From the IMG/VR virus record IMGVR_UViG_3300022698_000267, positions 62,001 through 126,000 of that record: a stretch of DNA of 64,000 nt; one strand, written 5' to 3'. How positions within the stretch are numbered: position 1 is the first letter of the stretch; each line of letters begins with the position of its first letter. This document shows positions 52,920 through 62,934 of the stretch, piece by piece. The notes under the pieces are model-generated. The model saw nothing but the letters and a program-made list of their open reading frames with translations, did no database searches and had not been told where the DNA came from. The translations under genes were made by a program, and so were the position numbers.

Positions 52920-53573
52920 ATGCTACTGAATATTGATGAAGCAAGAAAAAAAGCGGCAAGTAAACTGTTGTCGTTGTCCTCTTTGAATGAATCCTTTACC
53001 TGTGATGTTTGTGGAGCCCCTTACAAAAGAAAGATTGCAGCCATTAAACATCTTTACAGGGAACATCCAGATGTGATACAACGACTTACTGAAACGGTGA
53101 TGCGAGAACATGCAGAACAACAAAGAGATAATTTTATTCGGGAACTTGCAATGCTTCCCTCTAGGGCCATTGAGAAGTATGAAAAAGACAAAAAAGATTT
53201 TATCGATAAGGTTAAAGATGATTACACCTTTATCTATTACGCTCGCCAGAGACTAGAAAAACTTATAAAGTTGGAAGCAACAGTTGCATTACACAAAGAA
53301 ACCTCCGAATTTATTCGAAATGCTCATTGTTCCTGGAGAGAATTGTTGGCAGATCTGGAGGCAGAGAGAGACAAAAAAATATATGAACTCATCATCTTTC
53401 CAGCGGAGCACAATTCCACTTCGGCGATCAGTAATGTTATAGAAATGTGGAGGTACAAAGCACAATGTAACTTCTACAAGAAAGATGTTTCCAGTGCAAT
53501 GGGAGATTACATTCATACTCTGAGAAAGATAATTGAAGCAGATTCCTTCTTAGCTTTCGCCCCTGTCCAATAA
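52920..53573 (+). CDS. C2H2 zinc-finger-containing protein
   Basis: FTCDVCGAPYKRKIAAIKHLYREH. Confidence 0.65.
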   Translation: MLLNIDEARKKAASKLLSLSSLNESFTCDVCGAPYKRKIAAIKHLYREHPDVIQRLTETVMREHAEQQRDNFIRELAMLPSRAIEKYEKDKKDFIDKVKDDYTFIYYARQRLEKLIKLEATVALHKETSEFIRNAHCSWRELLADLEAERDKKIYELIIFPAEHNSTSAISNVIEMWRYKAQCNFYKKDVSSAMGDYIHTLRKIIEADSFLAFAPVQ

Positions 53574-53590
53574 TAATCAGGAGGTAACAA

Positions 53591-56300
53591 ATGGATTTAA
53601 TAATTGAATTAGAAAGAAACGATGACTTTTCGATTAATGATTGGGGATCAGCTCAGTATTGTGGAGCCAAAGCATTTTTCGATTTACTCGATAAATATCG
53701 TAAAGATTCTTCTTTGGATGATTTGTTAGCGGAGTTTGGAATCGTTGTTGGTTATGACCATAAACTTCCGTTCGAACAAGTTAAGATGGAAATTCGTACG
53801 TCGTTTGATTTCGATGATCCCACAATTCAGGATATTCGTAATGCTGAGACCATTGAGGATATTTTCGAAGCTTTAAAGGATGCAAGTTGGGATCTTTGGT
53901 CGGCTGCTTCCTTCGTAGCACAACATTGTTTTCTTAACTTAACTGTAACTGGTGTTCCAACAGCACATAGTGTTGGTCCTGTTGGCAACCAAATGGTGCA
54001 ATCTGAAAATTATCTCACTGGTCTTTACTGTGCTCTTCTAGTCGAGTTTGAGTACGTAACTGATTCCAGTTGTTTCGCTAATTTCGATACCTAGAACTCA
54101 AGGATAGGGGCTTCAGCCCCTATTTCTATGTAAAAATATTCAAATAGTACTTGACAAATCCTCCAAATTCTGTTATACTATGTTTAAGTGGTTGGGAGAA
54201 CCTTTTACAGGAGGGTACTATGGAAGATTGGAAACTGGAGAAAATGATCGAGCTTTCAGACATTCTCGAGACACCTGATGGTTTTCGTCGGGAAGAGGAT
54301 TTTGGATGTGATAATTCTAAGAATCCTTGGATGTCGGAACCACCTTCGATCAAATTTTTTGCAGAAGATGGCAGTGTCGAGGTGTTTTTTCGTTTCGATT
54401 TCAGCGATTACGATAGAAAACAGGAGCTGACGATTTGTGGGACGACGAATTTCGTGATGCCGAATGGCAAGCGATTCACCTTCGATCGGCGCGGAATCAG
54501 CGATTCTTTTTATTTTGGCACACAATCGTACAATGAGCCGCTCAGTTCTGCTAATAAAATTTTGGCAGAGCAGATTGAATTGGCGCGGGATGGCATCATT
54601 CGCAGAGCAGACGCTGAAGACGTTCCTGGTCTTCAAGGTTTCAACATCACTCAGGAGAAGAAGAAGAGGATGACAGAGGAGTTGAAAGCGGGAAGAGTCG
54701 TTCAACTTGCCCCTGGAGGTATGGGAATTGGTTATCATCTTTCGAAACTGAAGAGCAATTTGAATCCTGGTCGATGGGGTGCTAGAAAGGCTGCTGACGC
54801 GATGGCAAAATTTTTCAATTGTACGACTCTCTGGATTGAGGAATTTGATCACGATTAAAATTTAAGGGGCTTCGGCCCCTATTTCTATGTAAAAATATTC
54901 AAAAAGTACTTGACAAAACGAACAAAATCTGTTATACTATATTTAAGTGGTTGGGGAGAACATTTAAATAGGGGGTACTAAAATGGGAGTTAATATCGAA
55001 GTTAAATTTACTGGTGAAAATGGTTTGGATTTGGTGGTACCAGTATCTGGTCCCGGCAATTGGAAGCTTCGTACCCAGACCGATTTTGGTTACGTGCTTC
55101 AAGGATACAATATGCACCGAGAACTTTTTATCCTTCTCAATGTTGACGATTGGAGAGTTAATATTGTTACCACCATTGTTGCCCACGGAGAGGGTATTTT
55201 CAGCAGAGGTGTAGACTTGGATCCCGAAGCAGATGATTTTGATGATAATTACTCCAATGTCGTGAATGAGATGCTCGCTAATTTGCCCTATGTTTAAGAT
55301 TAGGGCTTCAGCCCCATCTAAAGGAGGAGTAAACAGATGAGAGGAACCGTAAACGTTACCACAACTATTGGTTGGAGAGTAGTTGAGCACAAAAGTAAAG
55401 CTGGTGGGTTTGTTGGGTATATCGACGCAACTTACGATCGGTTGATTGAGCTTCTGGGTAAACCAAAGGGTTCCAATCCTTTTGGTAAAGTGAAAGCCGA
55501 GTGGGTTGTTCGTTTTACTACGGGAGACGAGTTTTACATTTACGATTTTAAAAGTAACAAAGAACCAGAGGATAGAACTTACTGGCATGTTGGTGGTAGT
55601 CGAAAGGCTGCTGAATGGTTTTTCAATAGTCTGGGAATTACAATGTATCGGGATCGATAAAATATTCAAATAGTACTTGACAAAACGAACAAAATCTGTT
55701 ATACTACATTTAAGAGGTTAGGGGAAAATACATAATAAAGGGAGGTAGCAAATGAGAAGAGAATGGAATGGAACGATGAACGTTGGAAATATGGAGCAGA
55801 AGATAATTTTCCTTACGGAGATGCAGGGTCAGTTGTCGGATGGTATGTGGGAGAATACAGAACCTTTTGACCATTGGCATCCGTGGTGTTCGTTGAATTG
55901 GGATACAGTCCACGTTGAACCCAATAACACAGGTGTAACCGGAAACCTTACTGCTGCTCGCAAACGGGGTTATCGATTTAACAGTACTGAGCTGTTGGAG
56001 ATTGTGGGCGAACGCATCATCGTCAAGATCAACCTGTGGAAGAAGCTTGGCGATAAATTCCTGGAGATTCTGGAAAAGAATCATTGGCTTATTCCGGATG
56101 ACGGCCGGCTTCCAACATCCAAAGATGAATATTGGACCAAGAAACGAGAAAAGTTGATCGAGCTTGGATTGACTGAAGAAGTAATGAGGGACGCCCTGGA
56201 AAATGGATCTTATACCATGAAGGATCTTCGAAATGACTGTGCTGCGTTAACTAAGGTTCTCAAAGCTAATGCAAAGGAACCTGCACAAGAAGCTGCTTAA
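53591..56300 (+). CDS. Early hypothetical genes (53591, 54220, 54983, 55337, 55752)
   Basis: Each with a strong SD; most behind their own promoter; ORF 54151 should start at ATG 54220. Confidence 0.65.
54151..54179 (+). promoter_or_regulatory. Early sigma70-type promoter
   Basis: TTGACA-17-TATACT with TG. Confidence 0.9.
54910..54938 (+). promoter_or_regulatory. Early sigma70-type promoter
   Basis: TTGACA-17-TATACT with TG. Confidence 0.9.
55677..55705 (+). promoter_or_regulatory. Early sigma70-type promoter
   Basis: TTGACA-17-TATACT with TG. Confidence 0.9.
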
Positions 56301-56376
56301 CCTCCCTCAAGGGGTGGCCTCCCCAGCCACCCCTCCTTCCTTCCACTTAAAAAATTCAAAAATATTCAAAAAGTAC

Positions 56377-56405
56377 TTGACAAAACGAACAAAATCTGTT
56401 ATACT
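56377..56405 (+). promoter_or_regulatory. Early sigma70-type promoter
   Basis: TTGACA-17-TATACT with TG. Confidence 0.9.
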
Positions 56406-56458
56406 ATATTTAAGTGGTTGGGGAGAGACCACAAATAAAATAAACGGGGGTAGAAATC

Positions 56459-57502
56459 ATGTGTTGGTTATATTTAAGGACGACGCAAAAAACAAGGCCA
56501 GTATCGAACCATTATTTAAGGAAGTTTTACAGTAAGGGTGGGGACCTTAACCCGGATGGTTGGGGAATCACCTCTTATATGGCAAAAGCCAAAGACTTCA
56601 CTCTGATGAAAGAGCCCACTAATGCTTCCGATAGCATGGTAGCCCATGCAGTTTCGGTTCAAAGTGGACTTCCAAAGACCAGAGCGGTCATTGCTCATGT
56701 TCGGAAAAAATCATGTGGCAAAGTTTCTTATCGGAATACACAGCCCATGTTGAAGAGAAGTGAAGTTACCGGAGAGATGTGGGCTTTTGCACATAATGGT
56801 AGTGCAACTCAGGAACAGATTGATGAGTTGAAAGAAGATGTAAAGGAAAATTGCTCTTACAAACCTGTTACACAGCTGGACAGTGAACTCCTTTTCATTG
56901 AATTTATGGATTGCATAGATAGGATAATGAAACCCAAAGATGAGAGTCGAGAAACCTTCAAGGTGATTCATGAATTTCTCAAAACCCTTAATGAGTATAC
57001 CAAAATGTGTGTGGTTGCTACAAACGGCGAGCTGTGCTTTGCTTACAGGGATATGAAGGGACAAAGATTCCTTCATTTACTCAAAGATAAGGTAGGCTAT
57101 GTAACCAGCACCCAACCACTTACCAGTGGTCCTTGGAAATCATTGTCACCTGGACAGATGTTGGTTTTTAAACGTGGAAAATTGATTTACAATAGCCATT
57201 ACAAACAAGATGCAGGAAAGAAGGTTGTTGCACAATCATCAAGGTCTGGTGGATATCAGTTATCTCCATACAAACAATCTTCTTACAAATATGATTTTGC
57301 CTTTCCCAAAGACGAGTATCTTATGGGTCGTGATAATTTTCATGATGAAGCAGAGGAGATGGGTCTTTGGGATGATTTGGATCAGGCAACCCGTTCCGAT
57401 GGGCGACGAGATTATGATGCCGTTCTGCTGGAAGATGGTCAGGATGGTCATTCGTTTACAACGATCGGTGAACATGTAGCAAATAAGTTTTCTGAATTCT
57501 AA
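56459..57502 (+). CDS. Class II glutamine amidotransferase (YafJ/EgtC-like Ntn hydrolase)
   Basis: N-terminal MC nucleophile, NPDGWG, AHVR, NTQP, FAHNG, DSE. Confidence 0.85.
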   Translation: MCWLYLRTTQKTRPVSNHYLRKFYSKGGDLNPDGWGITSYMAKAKDFTLMKEPTNASDSMVAHAVSVQSGLPKTRAVIAHVRKKSCGKVSYRNTQPMLKRSEVTGEMWAFAHNGSATQEQIDELKEDVKENCSYKPVTQLDSELLFIEFMDCIDRIMKPKDESRETFKVIHEFLKTLNEYTKMCVVATNGELCFAYRDMKGQRFLHLLKDKVGYVTSTQPLTSGPWKSLSPGQMLVFKRGKLIYNSHYKQDAGKKVVAQSSRSGGYQLSPYKQSSYKYDFAFPKDEYLMGRDNFHDEAEEMGLWDDLDQATRSDGRRDYDAVLLEDGQDGHSFTTIGEHVANKFSEF

Positions 57503-57600
57503 TCTAACCTCCCAACAACCCCCGACTGATGTAGCGGCTTCCCCCGGCCGCTACATCTATGTAATAACAGAAGATTTTTATATAATTATTCAAATAGTAC

Positions 57601-57629
57601 TTGACTTTTTAGTTCGTAGCCTATATAAT
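57601..57629 (+). promoter_or_regulatory. Early sigma70-type promoter
   Basis: TTGACT-17-TATAAT. Confidence 0.88.
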
Positions 57630-57675
57630 ACGTTTAAGTGGTTGGGGAAATGGATACGAAAAATTGGAGGTACTT

Positions 57676-57957
57676 ATGGAAGCAAATGAATTCGAAAGAG
57701 AGGAAATTTTAAATCAGGCTTACAACTTCGAGAAATTTGCAGTGAGGGATGGTGTGGTTGTTATTAAACATCCAGATGGTCGGATCCGGCTTACGGAAGA
57801 GGCTGGTCTTGGGCTTATACTTATTACTTCCTTTCCAGATGATGATACAGAGGGAGTTAAGACTTTTTGGATGAACATAAGCTCACTTCATGATTTGGGT
57901 AATAAATTGCGTGTTTCTGATCAAAGGAGAGTTTCACCAGATACAATTTGGATATAA
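57676..57957 (+). CDS. Early hypothetical protein, paralog of 62934..63236
   Basis: REEILN.A.NFEKFAV and FW.N.SS...LG.KLR shared. Confidence 0.7.
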   Translation: MEANEFEREEILNQAYNFEKFAVRDGVVVIKHPDGRIRLTEEAGLGLILITSFPDDDTEGVKTFWMNISSLHDLGNKLRVSDQRRVSPDTIWI

Positions 57958-58247
57958 TTTTTGGAGGATAATGTTATGGAAGCTTTAGAGATAGCTGATA
58001 AATGTGTTCGAATTGCAAAATCTTGTTGTCACAATGAACAAGTTGATGTTGCTAAGAATTTTTTTAATCGGGCTATCACAAAATTAGAGGCTAGTGATGT
58101 TCCGGGAAAGATGGAAGCTATAGACATCATAATCACAGCGTGGAATAAACTTTTGAATGATAGGGAACAGGGTGTCTTAGGTACTGGTTTCGAACATATT
58201 GATTCACAAACTATTTTAAATTAAGAACATTTTTCTTCAAATAGTAC

Positions 58248-58276
58248 TTGACTTTTTAGTTCGTAGCCTATATAAT
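58248..58276 (+). promoter_or_regulatory. Early sigma70-type promoter
   Basis: TTGACT-17-TATAAT, spacer identical to the 57601 copy. Confidence 0.88.
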
Positions 58277-58327
58277 ACAAATAAGAGGTTGAGGAATTAA
58301 GAACTTAAATTAAGAAAGGAGATAAAA

Positions 58328-59251
58328 ATGGAGGCAATGGAAACAAGTTTACAGACGATGAATGATGAATCAGTGAATCCTTTTTACGAAGTGGGTCGAT
58401 TCCCACTGGTGGCAAAAACTCGCACACCAGATGGACACTTTGGTCCCACCGTTGAGGCCGGATATGATCTTTTGGTCAATATGGAGGATCATTCCCCAGT
58501 CGGTCTTATCAGCCCTGGTTACAATCTGGTTACCAACAGGGAATTGGATGTGATGATTCAGGAGGCGACAGATGGAATTTCAATTCATTCCATTCAGGAT
58601 CATATGAATGCGAATGGAAGCGCCTGGATTCGGCGAATGATCTTCGATGCGGATAATATGACTTTTGATGTCACCGGCAACAATGACATTGTCAAGATCA
58701 TGCTGGAAATTTCCAATTCCTACAACGGACAGTCTTCCCTGGAAATGAACATGAAATTGTGGCGGAAGATTTGTGTCAATGGTTTAATGGGTTGGACTGA
58801 TTACCAACAACTTCGGTTCAAACATCTGGTGCAGGGAATTGTCGAAAGATTGAAAGATCTGTTTCGATTGAATGTGGATCGTGCAAGTGCTCAGGTAAAC
58901 GTTTGGAGCGATTGGGCCGAGATTACATTTCCACAGCAGATGTTCAATGATTTTATTGACATGCACAAAGTTCCGCTCACCGATGAAGAAGCAGAGACCA
59001 AATCACCGGTTCCCAGAATGTTGAGTGATCGACAGGCCGGATTCATCAAGGACCGTTACGAGCCGATCATGAACGAATATGGTGAGAACGAAACCAAATG
59101 GGGTGCGTACAACGTTCTTACGGCTATTGCAACCCATGATATCAAGACGCGCAAACCTGGGACCTCCCCTCTTTTTACTGCGGCATATGCAAGGATGGAG
59201 AAGTTGATTGGATCCTTCTACAATAACCAACCGGAAAATTTGCTTAACTAA
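58328..59251 (+). CDS. DUF932-like phage/plasmid protein
   Basis: Y.LVTN.E, NSYNGQSS, R.ICVNGL, TKWGAYN.LT..ATH. Confidence 0.75.
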   Translation: MEAMETSLQTMNDESVNPFYEVGRFPLVAKTRTPDGHFGPTVEAGYDLLVNMEDHSPVGLISPGYNLVTNRELDVMIQEATDGISIHSIQDHMNANGSAWIRRMIFDADNMTFDVTGNNDIVKIMLEISNSYNGQSSLEMNMKLWRKICVNGLMGWTDYQQLRFKHLVQGIVERLKDLFRLNVDRASAQVNVWSDWAEITFPQQMFNDFIDMHKVPLTDEEAETKSPVPRMLSDRQAGFIKDRYEPIMNEYGENETKWGAYNVLTAIATHDIKTRKPGTSPLFTAAYARMEKLIGSFYNNQPENLLN

Positions 59252-59298
59252 TAACCCACATAACTAGGGGGCTTCGGCCCCCTTGAAGGAGAGCAATC

Positions 59299-60018
59299 AT
59301 GTTAAACCATCTTATTTCAACAGAAGATAATTCTATTTCTATTTGGCGCCCAGACAATGGTCCTCATCTCATAAAAATCTTGACTTATGTGACTGAAGAA
59401 GGTCCCAGATATACATTCGAATACTTGGGACATTATTTTCCTGAAGATGGTTCAATTGTATGTCCCCGTACCTGGAATGAAAATTGTCCCATATGTGATT
59501 TCATTGAAATCAGTTGCAAAGGTTCTGGTATGGATTTTCTTGACTTTCGTTTTATACGAGCCAAGAAGCGGAGTCTCTACAATGTTGTTGTTTTGGATAC
59601 CAAGAAAGAAGAAAAACTTGGCGTTCAGATACTTGACATTTCAAGTTGGTTTGCAGAACGAAACCTTCTTGATCTTTTTAAAGAACTTATCCAAAGTGAA
59701 CCTCCTGAATTTGATTCACTCACTCCTGAATTAGAAGAAGTATACAATTACATTTCAGATTATGTTGCTTATACTTTAAAAGCAAAAGAAGTGGCTGACC
59801 CTATTCAAATTCTACAAGAAAATTATGTGCGGTTTTATGTTCGAGGAAAACGAACTTTTACTATGCAGATGGATCATTGGGGATTGGAACCTGATGAACG
59901 GAAATGCAAATGTAATGAACTTGTCCCTCATAACTTGGAGAATCTGTTGGTAAAATCAACGTTCGAAGAAGTTTATGCTAAACTCCGGAATTATTTCAAG
60001 AAAGATTGTAAATGTTAG
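59299..60018 (+). CDS. T4 gp32-like single-stranded DNA-binding core, divergent
   Basis: IWRP, HY...CPRTW.E.CPICD, K.R.LYNVVV, terminal KSTFEEV. Confidence 0.55.
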   Translation: MLNHLISTEDNSISIWRPDNGPHLIKILTYVTEEGPRYTFEYLGHYFPEDGSIVCPRTWNENCPICDFIEISCKGSGMDFLDFRFIRAKKRSLYNVVVLDTKKEEKLGVQILDISSWFAERNLLDLFKELIQSEPPEFDSLTPELEEVYNYISDYVAYTLKAKEVADPIQILQENYVRFYVRGKRTFTMQMDHWGLEPDERKCKCNELVPHNLENLLVKSTFEEVYAKLRNYFKKDCKC

Positions 60019-60037
60019 TAAAAAGTTCAAAAAGTAC

Positions 60038-60066
60038 TTGACAAATCCTTCAAATTCTGTTATACT
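60038..60066 (+). promoter_or_regulatory. Early sigma70-type promoter
   Basis: TTGACA-17-TATACT with TG. Confidence 0.9.
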
Positions 60067-60468
60067 ATGTTTAAGTGGTTGGGGAGAACATTTAAATAGG
60101 GGGAAGCAAAATGGGAGCAACGAATTTTTATTGTGAAGCAGTTGGAAAAACAGTGCAGGAAGCCTTTAATCGGGCCATCGAAGATGCGAGGCATGAGTAC
60201 GGTCATCGAAGCTATACTGGTTCGATTGCTGAAAAAGCAGGGCATGGCTTTCGAAAGGCTAATTTCCCAAAACGGCCGACCAAGAAGAATTTTGGCGATC
60301 AGGTCTATGAACTTTCAGACAAGTCGGACAAATATGGTCCGGCCCTTTATCATGAATTTACCGGCGTTATGCGTACCGAAGCCTGTCGTCGCCACGGCGT
60401 TAAAAAAGGTTCTCGGTCTAAGGTCTTTGCGTTCTTCGGTATAGCGTCTTGTTAAAGGGGGTCTAAAA

Positions 60469-60972
60469 ATGAAAAAGAAAATAACAACCAACATTTTTGT
60501 CTACGGAACATTGCGAAAGGGTTTTGGGAATAATAGGTTGCTGAAAGATTCCAGGTTCGTTGGAGATGCTGTTACGGTAAGAAGATATGGAATGTATGCA
60601 TCTGGAATCCCTTACGTTCATGAAGACGAAGCCTTTTGCACTGTAGTTGGAGAGGTTTACGAAGTTGACATTGATACTCTTCTGAAGCTGGACAGGTTGG
60701 AAGGACACCCGAATTTTTACCGGCGAAAGACTGTCGACGTTTGTTTGGCCACCGGCAATTCTATCCGAGCCGATATTTACTTCCATCAAGGAGGTGTTGG
60801 GGACCATATGCATAAAGTTGTAAATGGTGATTACAAATACCAGGAGAAAGAGGAGATTGAGAAAGTCTCTACACCTACGGTCTGGGAACCAAAAATTTGG
60901 ACATCGAAATCATACGTTTCACCAGTTAAGAAATCTCTTCTTGCAGCCTTCCGGGCTAGAGTATTTAATTAA
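60469..60972 (+). CDS. Gamma-glutamylcyclotransferase family protein
   Basis: FVYGTLRKG, P, V.GEVY.V, LDRLEG...Y.R. Confidence 0.9.
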   Translation: MKKKITTNIFVYGTLRKGFGNNRLLKDSRFVGDAVTVRRYGMYASGIPYVHEDEAFCTVVGEVYEVDIDTLLKLDRLEGHPNFYRRKTVDVCLATGNSIRADIYFHQGGVGDHMHKVVNGDYKYQEKEEIEKVSTPTVWEPKIWTSKSYVSPVKKSLLAAFRARVFN

Positions 60973-60991
60973 TAATTTCTTCAAATAGTAC

Positions 60992-61020
60992 TTGACAAAT
61001 CCTCCAAAATCTGTTATACT
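60992..61020 (+). promoter_or_regulatory. Early sigma70-type promoter
   Basis: TTGACA-17-TATACT with TG. Confidence 0.9.
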
Positions 61021-61061
61021 ATGTTTAAGTGGTTAGGGGAAATAGAATATAGGGGGAACAA

Positions 61062-62642
61062 ATGGGGACAAAGACGAGAAGTTACTTAGGGGTTGAGGGT
61101 CGTCACATGAAACCTACGCCCAGTCATCGTCCGGCGATTTGGGAATGTATGCTGGGCACGGTTTATGCATTGAACGATAAGGGTAAGGTTAGATATTTCG
61201 ATTTTGATTATGATGCAGCCAAAGAGTTTGCTGGAATTGATGAGAAACGGGATTTGAGAATCTGGAAGAATAAACGTTGGGTTCGTTGGGGTAATGGTGG
61301 TTCCTGCGAGCAGCCGAGAATGAACCAATTGGTTCTTTGGATCAAGGAGGCCGCATAATGTTCGATAAAGATGAGATTGAAGAATTGAATCGAAGATTTC
61401 CTCCTGAGATGACTGATGATCAATTCAAGGAATTGAGGCAAGAGATTATTGATGCCATAAACAGATTGAACTATCTGCAACGAATTCATTATCGAGAAGA
61501 AGGAAAATCTTATAAACCTTTCATATAATACTTGACAAAATCTTTAAAATCTGTTATAATGTATTTAGATTTGAGGAGGGAACATGAAAAATTCAGAGAA
61601 ACGAGATTTGGTCAGGCGTTTGATGCGAGTAAGTGTGTTTGAGAAATTTGATGGTCCTTATTCACATCACAATAGGGTTACAGCAAGGTTTCAAGAGAAT
61701 TCAGCCGTTGTGGTAACCAGAACCTTAGAAGCTTTATTTCCCAAGAATAAAGTTACTTGTCAACCCACCAGAGTTTGGGGAAGACTTTCTGTTCTTCGTC
61801 GGGTCACTATTTACATTCCAGTCAAGGAGTAACAAAATGAAACCAGGAATTTTTGGATGGTCTTATCCACCGGGGGTAACTTCGGTTCCCGGTGATTATG
61901 ATGAACCTTGTGAAGTTTGTGGTGGGATGCCTGATGATGATTGTATATGCCCTGAATGCCCTGAATGTGGGGCTTACGGCGATCCCTTTTGTTATGAAAA
62001 CCATGGTATGATAAAGACCCAAATGCAAAAGGATTATCTGGCGGTCAAAGAGAAAGAATGGGAAGAAGCTGCTAGGGCAATGGAAAAGGACATGGAAGAA
62101 GCCTATGGCGAAGCAGATTCTATCTTGGAGGAAGACTAATGCAAAGCCCCTACTATATTCAGAGAATGAAAAGAGTTGAAAACCCATCAGAGAACCCGTC
62201 TGTCGATGACCTTTATCGAATGGACTATATGGGTTCGGCAGAGTTTGAGTTTGGAGCTCTGCCCAAGTCATTGAAACGTATGACCAAAGTTTTCGATGAG
62301 CTTGTGGTTCAGATATCAGTAATCAAGGATTTCAAAAAGAAACCTCTTTACCTGCTTGGAACAGCAAAAAATGTTCATGAATATCAAAATTTTATTCCAG
62401 AATTGTTTTATGAAAAGATTCATTTGAAAGAAAGGCTGGAGCATACGTATGCTTGGAAAGGTAAAGGTGGTTATGGTATTACCAAGTATCCTTTCAAAGA
62501 GTTTTATCATCCAACGGCCTGGTGGGACATTGACAATGATGTGATGTTCACTTTCGGAAAGAAGCACGCTGAAAATTTGCGAAAAGCTATTGGTGTCGTT
62601 CGGGACAAGAAGATGGCACAAGGGAAATCCGAATGGTACTAA
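61062..62642 (+). CDS. Early hypothetical genes (61062, 61358, 61584, 61837, 62139)
   Basis: SD sites and promoter cassettes; 61837 is Cys-rich and acidic; 62139 has DYMGSAEFEFGALP. Confidence 0.65.
61532..61560 (+). promoter_or_regulatory. Early sigma70-type promoter
   Basis: TTGACA-17-TATAAT with TG. Confidence 0.9.
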
Positions 62643-62753
62643 TTGTATTTCTTCAACACCTCCCCCCCAACACCTTTCTCATGAGAGGTGAGGTCCCCTC
62701 CCTCACCTCTCCCTACCTATCACATAAATTATTCTGAAAAGTTCAAATAGTAC

Positions 62754-62782
62754 TTGACATTTCTATCAAATTCTGTTATACT
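62754..62782 (+). promoter_or_regulatory. Early sigma70-type promoter
   Basis: TTGACA-17-TATACT with TG. Confidence 0.9.
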
Positions 62783-62826
62783 ATGTTTAAGTGGTTAGGG
62801 GAAATAGAATAAAGGGGGGATAGCAA

Positions 62827-62934
62827 ATGATGAATGAAGCCGAATATGATTTTTACATGGAAGCACAGAGACAGGCGTGGGAAGTAGAGCAAGAGCTGGA
62901 AAAAGAAGAAGCGGAAGAGGAGGTGATAGAATAA
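62827..62934 (+). CDS. 35-aa very acidic peptide (not in ORF track)
   Basis: MMNEAEYDFYMEAQRQAWEVEQELEKEEAEEEVIE; first ORF behind promoter 62754; TAATG overlap with next gene. Confidence 0.7.
   Translation: MMNEAEYDFYMEAQRQAWEVEQELEKEEAEEEVIE

Noticed and set aside
59633-59638. Extra TACTTGACA promoter inside the SSB-like gene
   Set aside because: No -10 hexamer at 16-18 nt and no leader
49660-62810. CRISPR array or true integron
   Set aside because: Repeats are sigma70 promoters separated by whole genes; no attC-type R/L boxes or integrase seen
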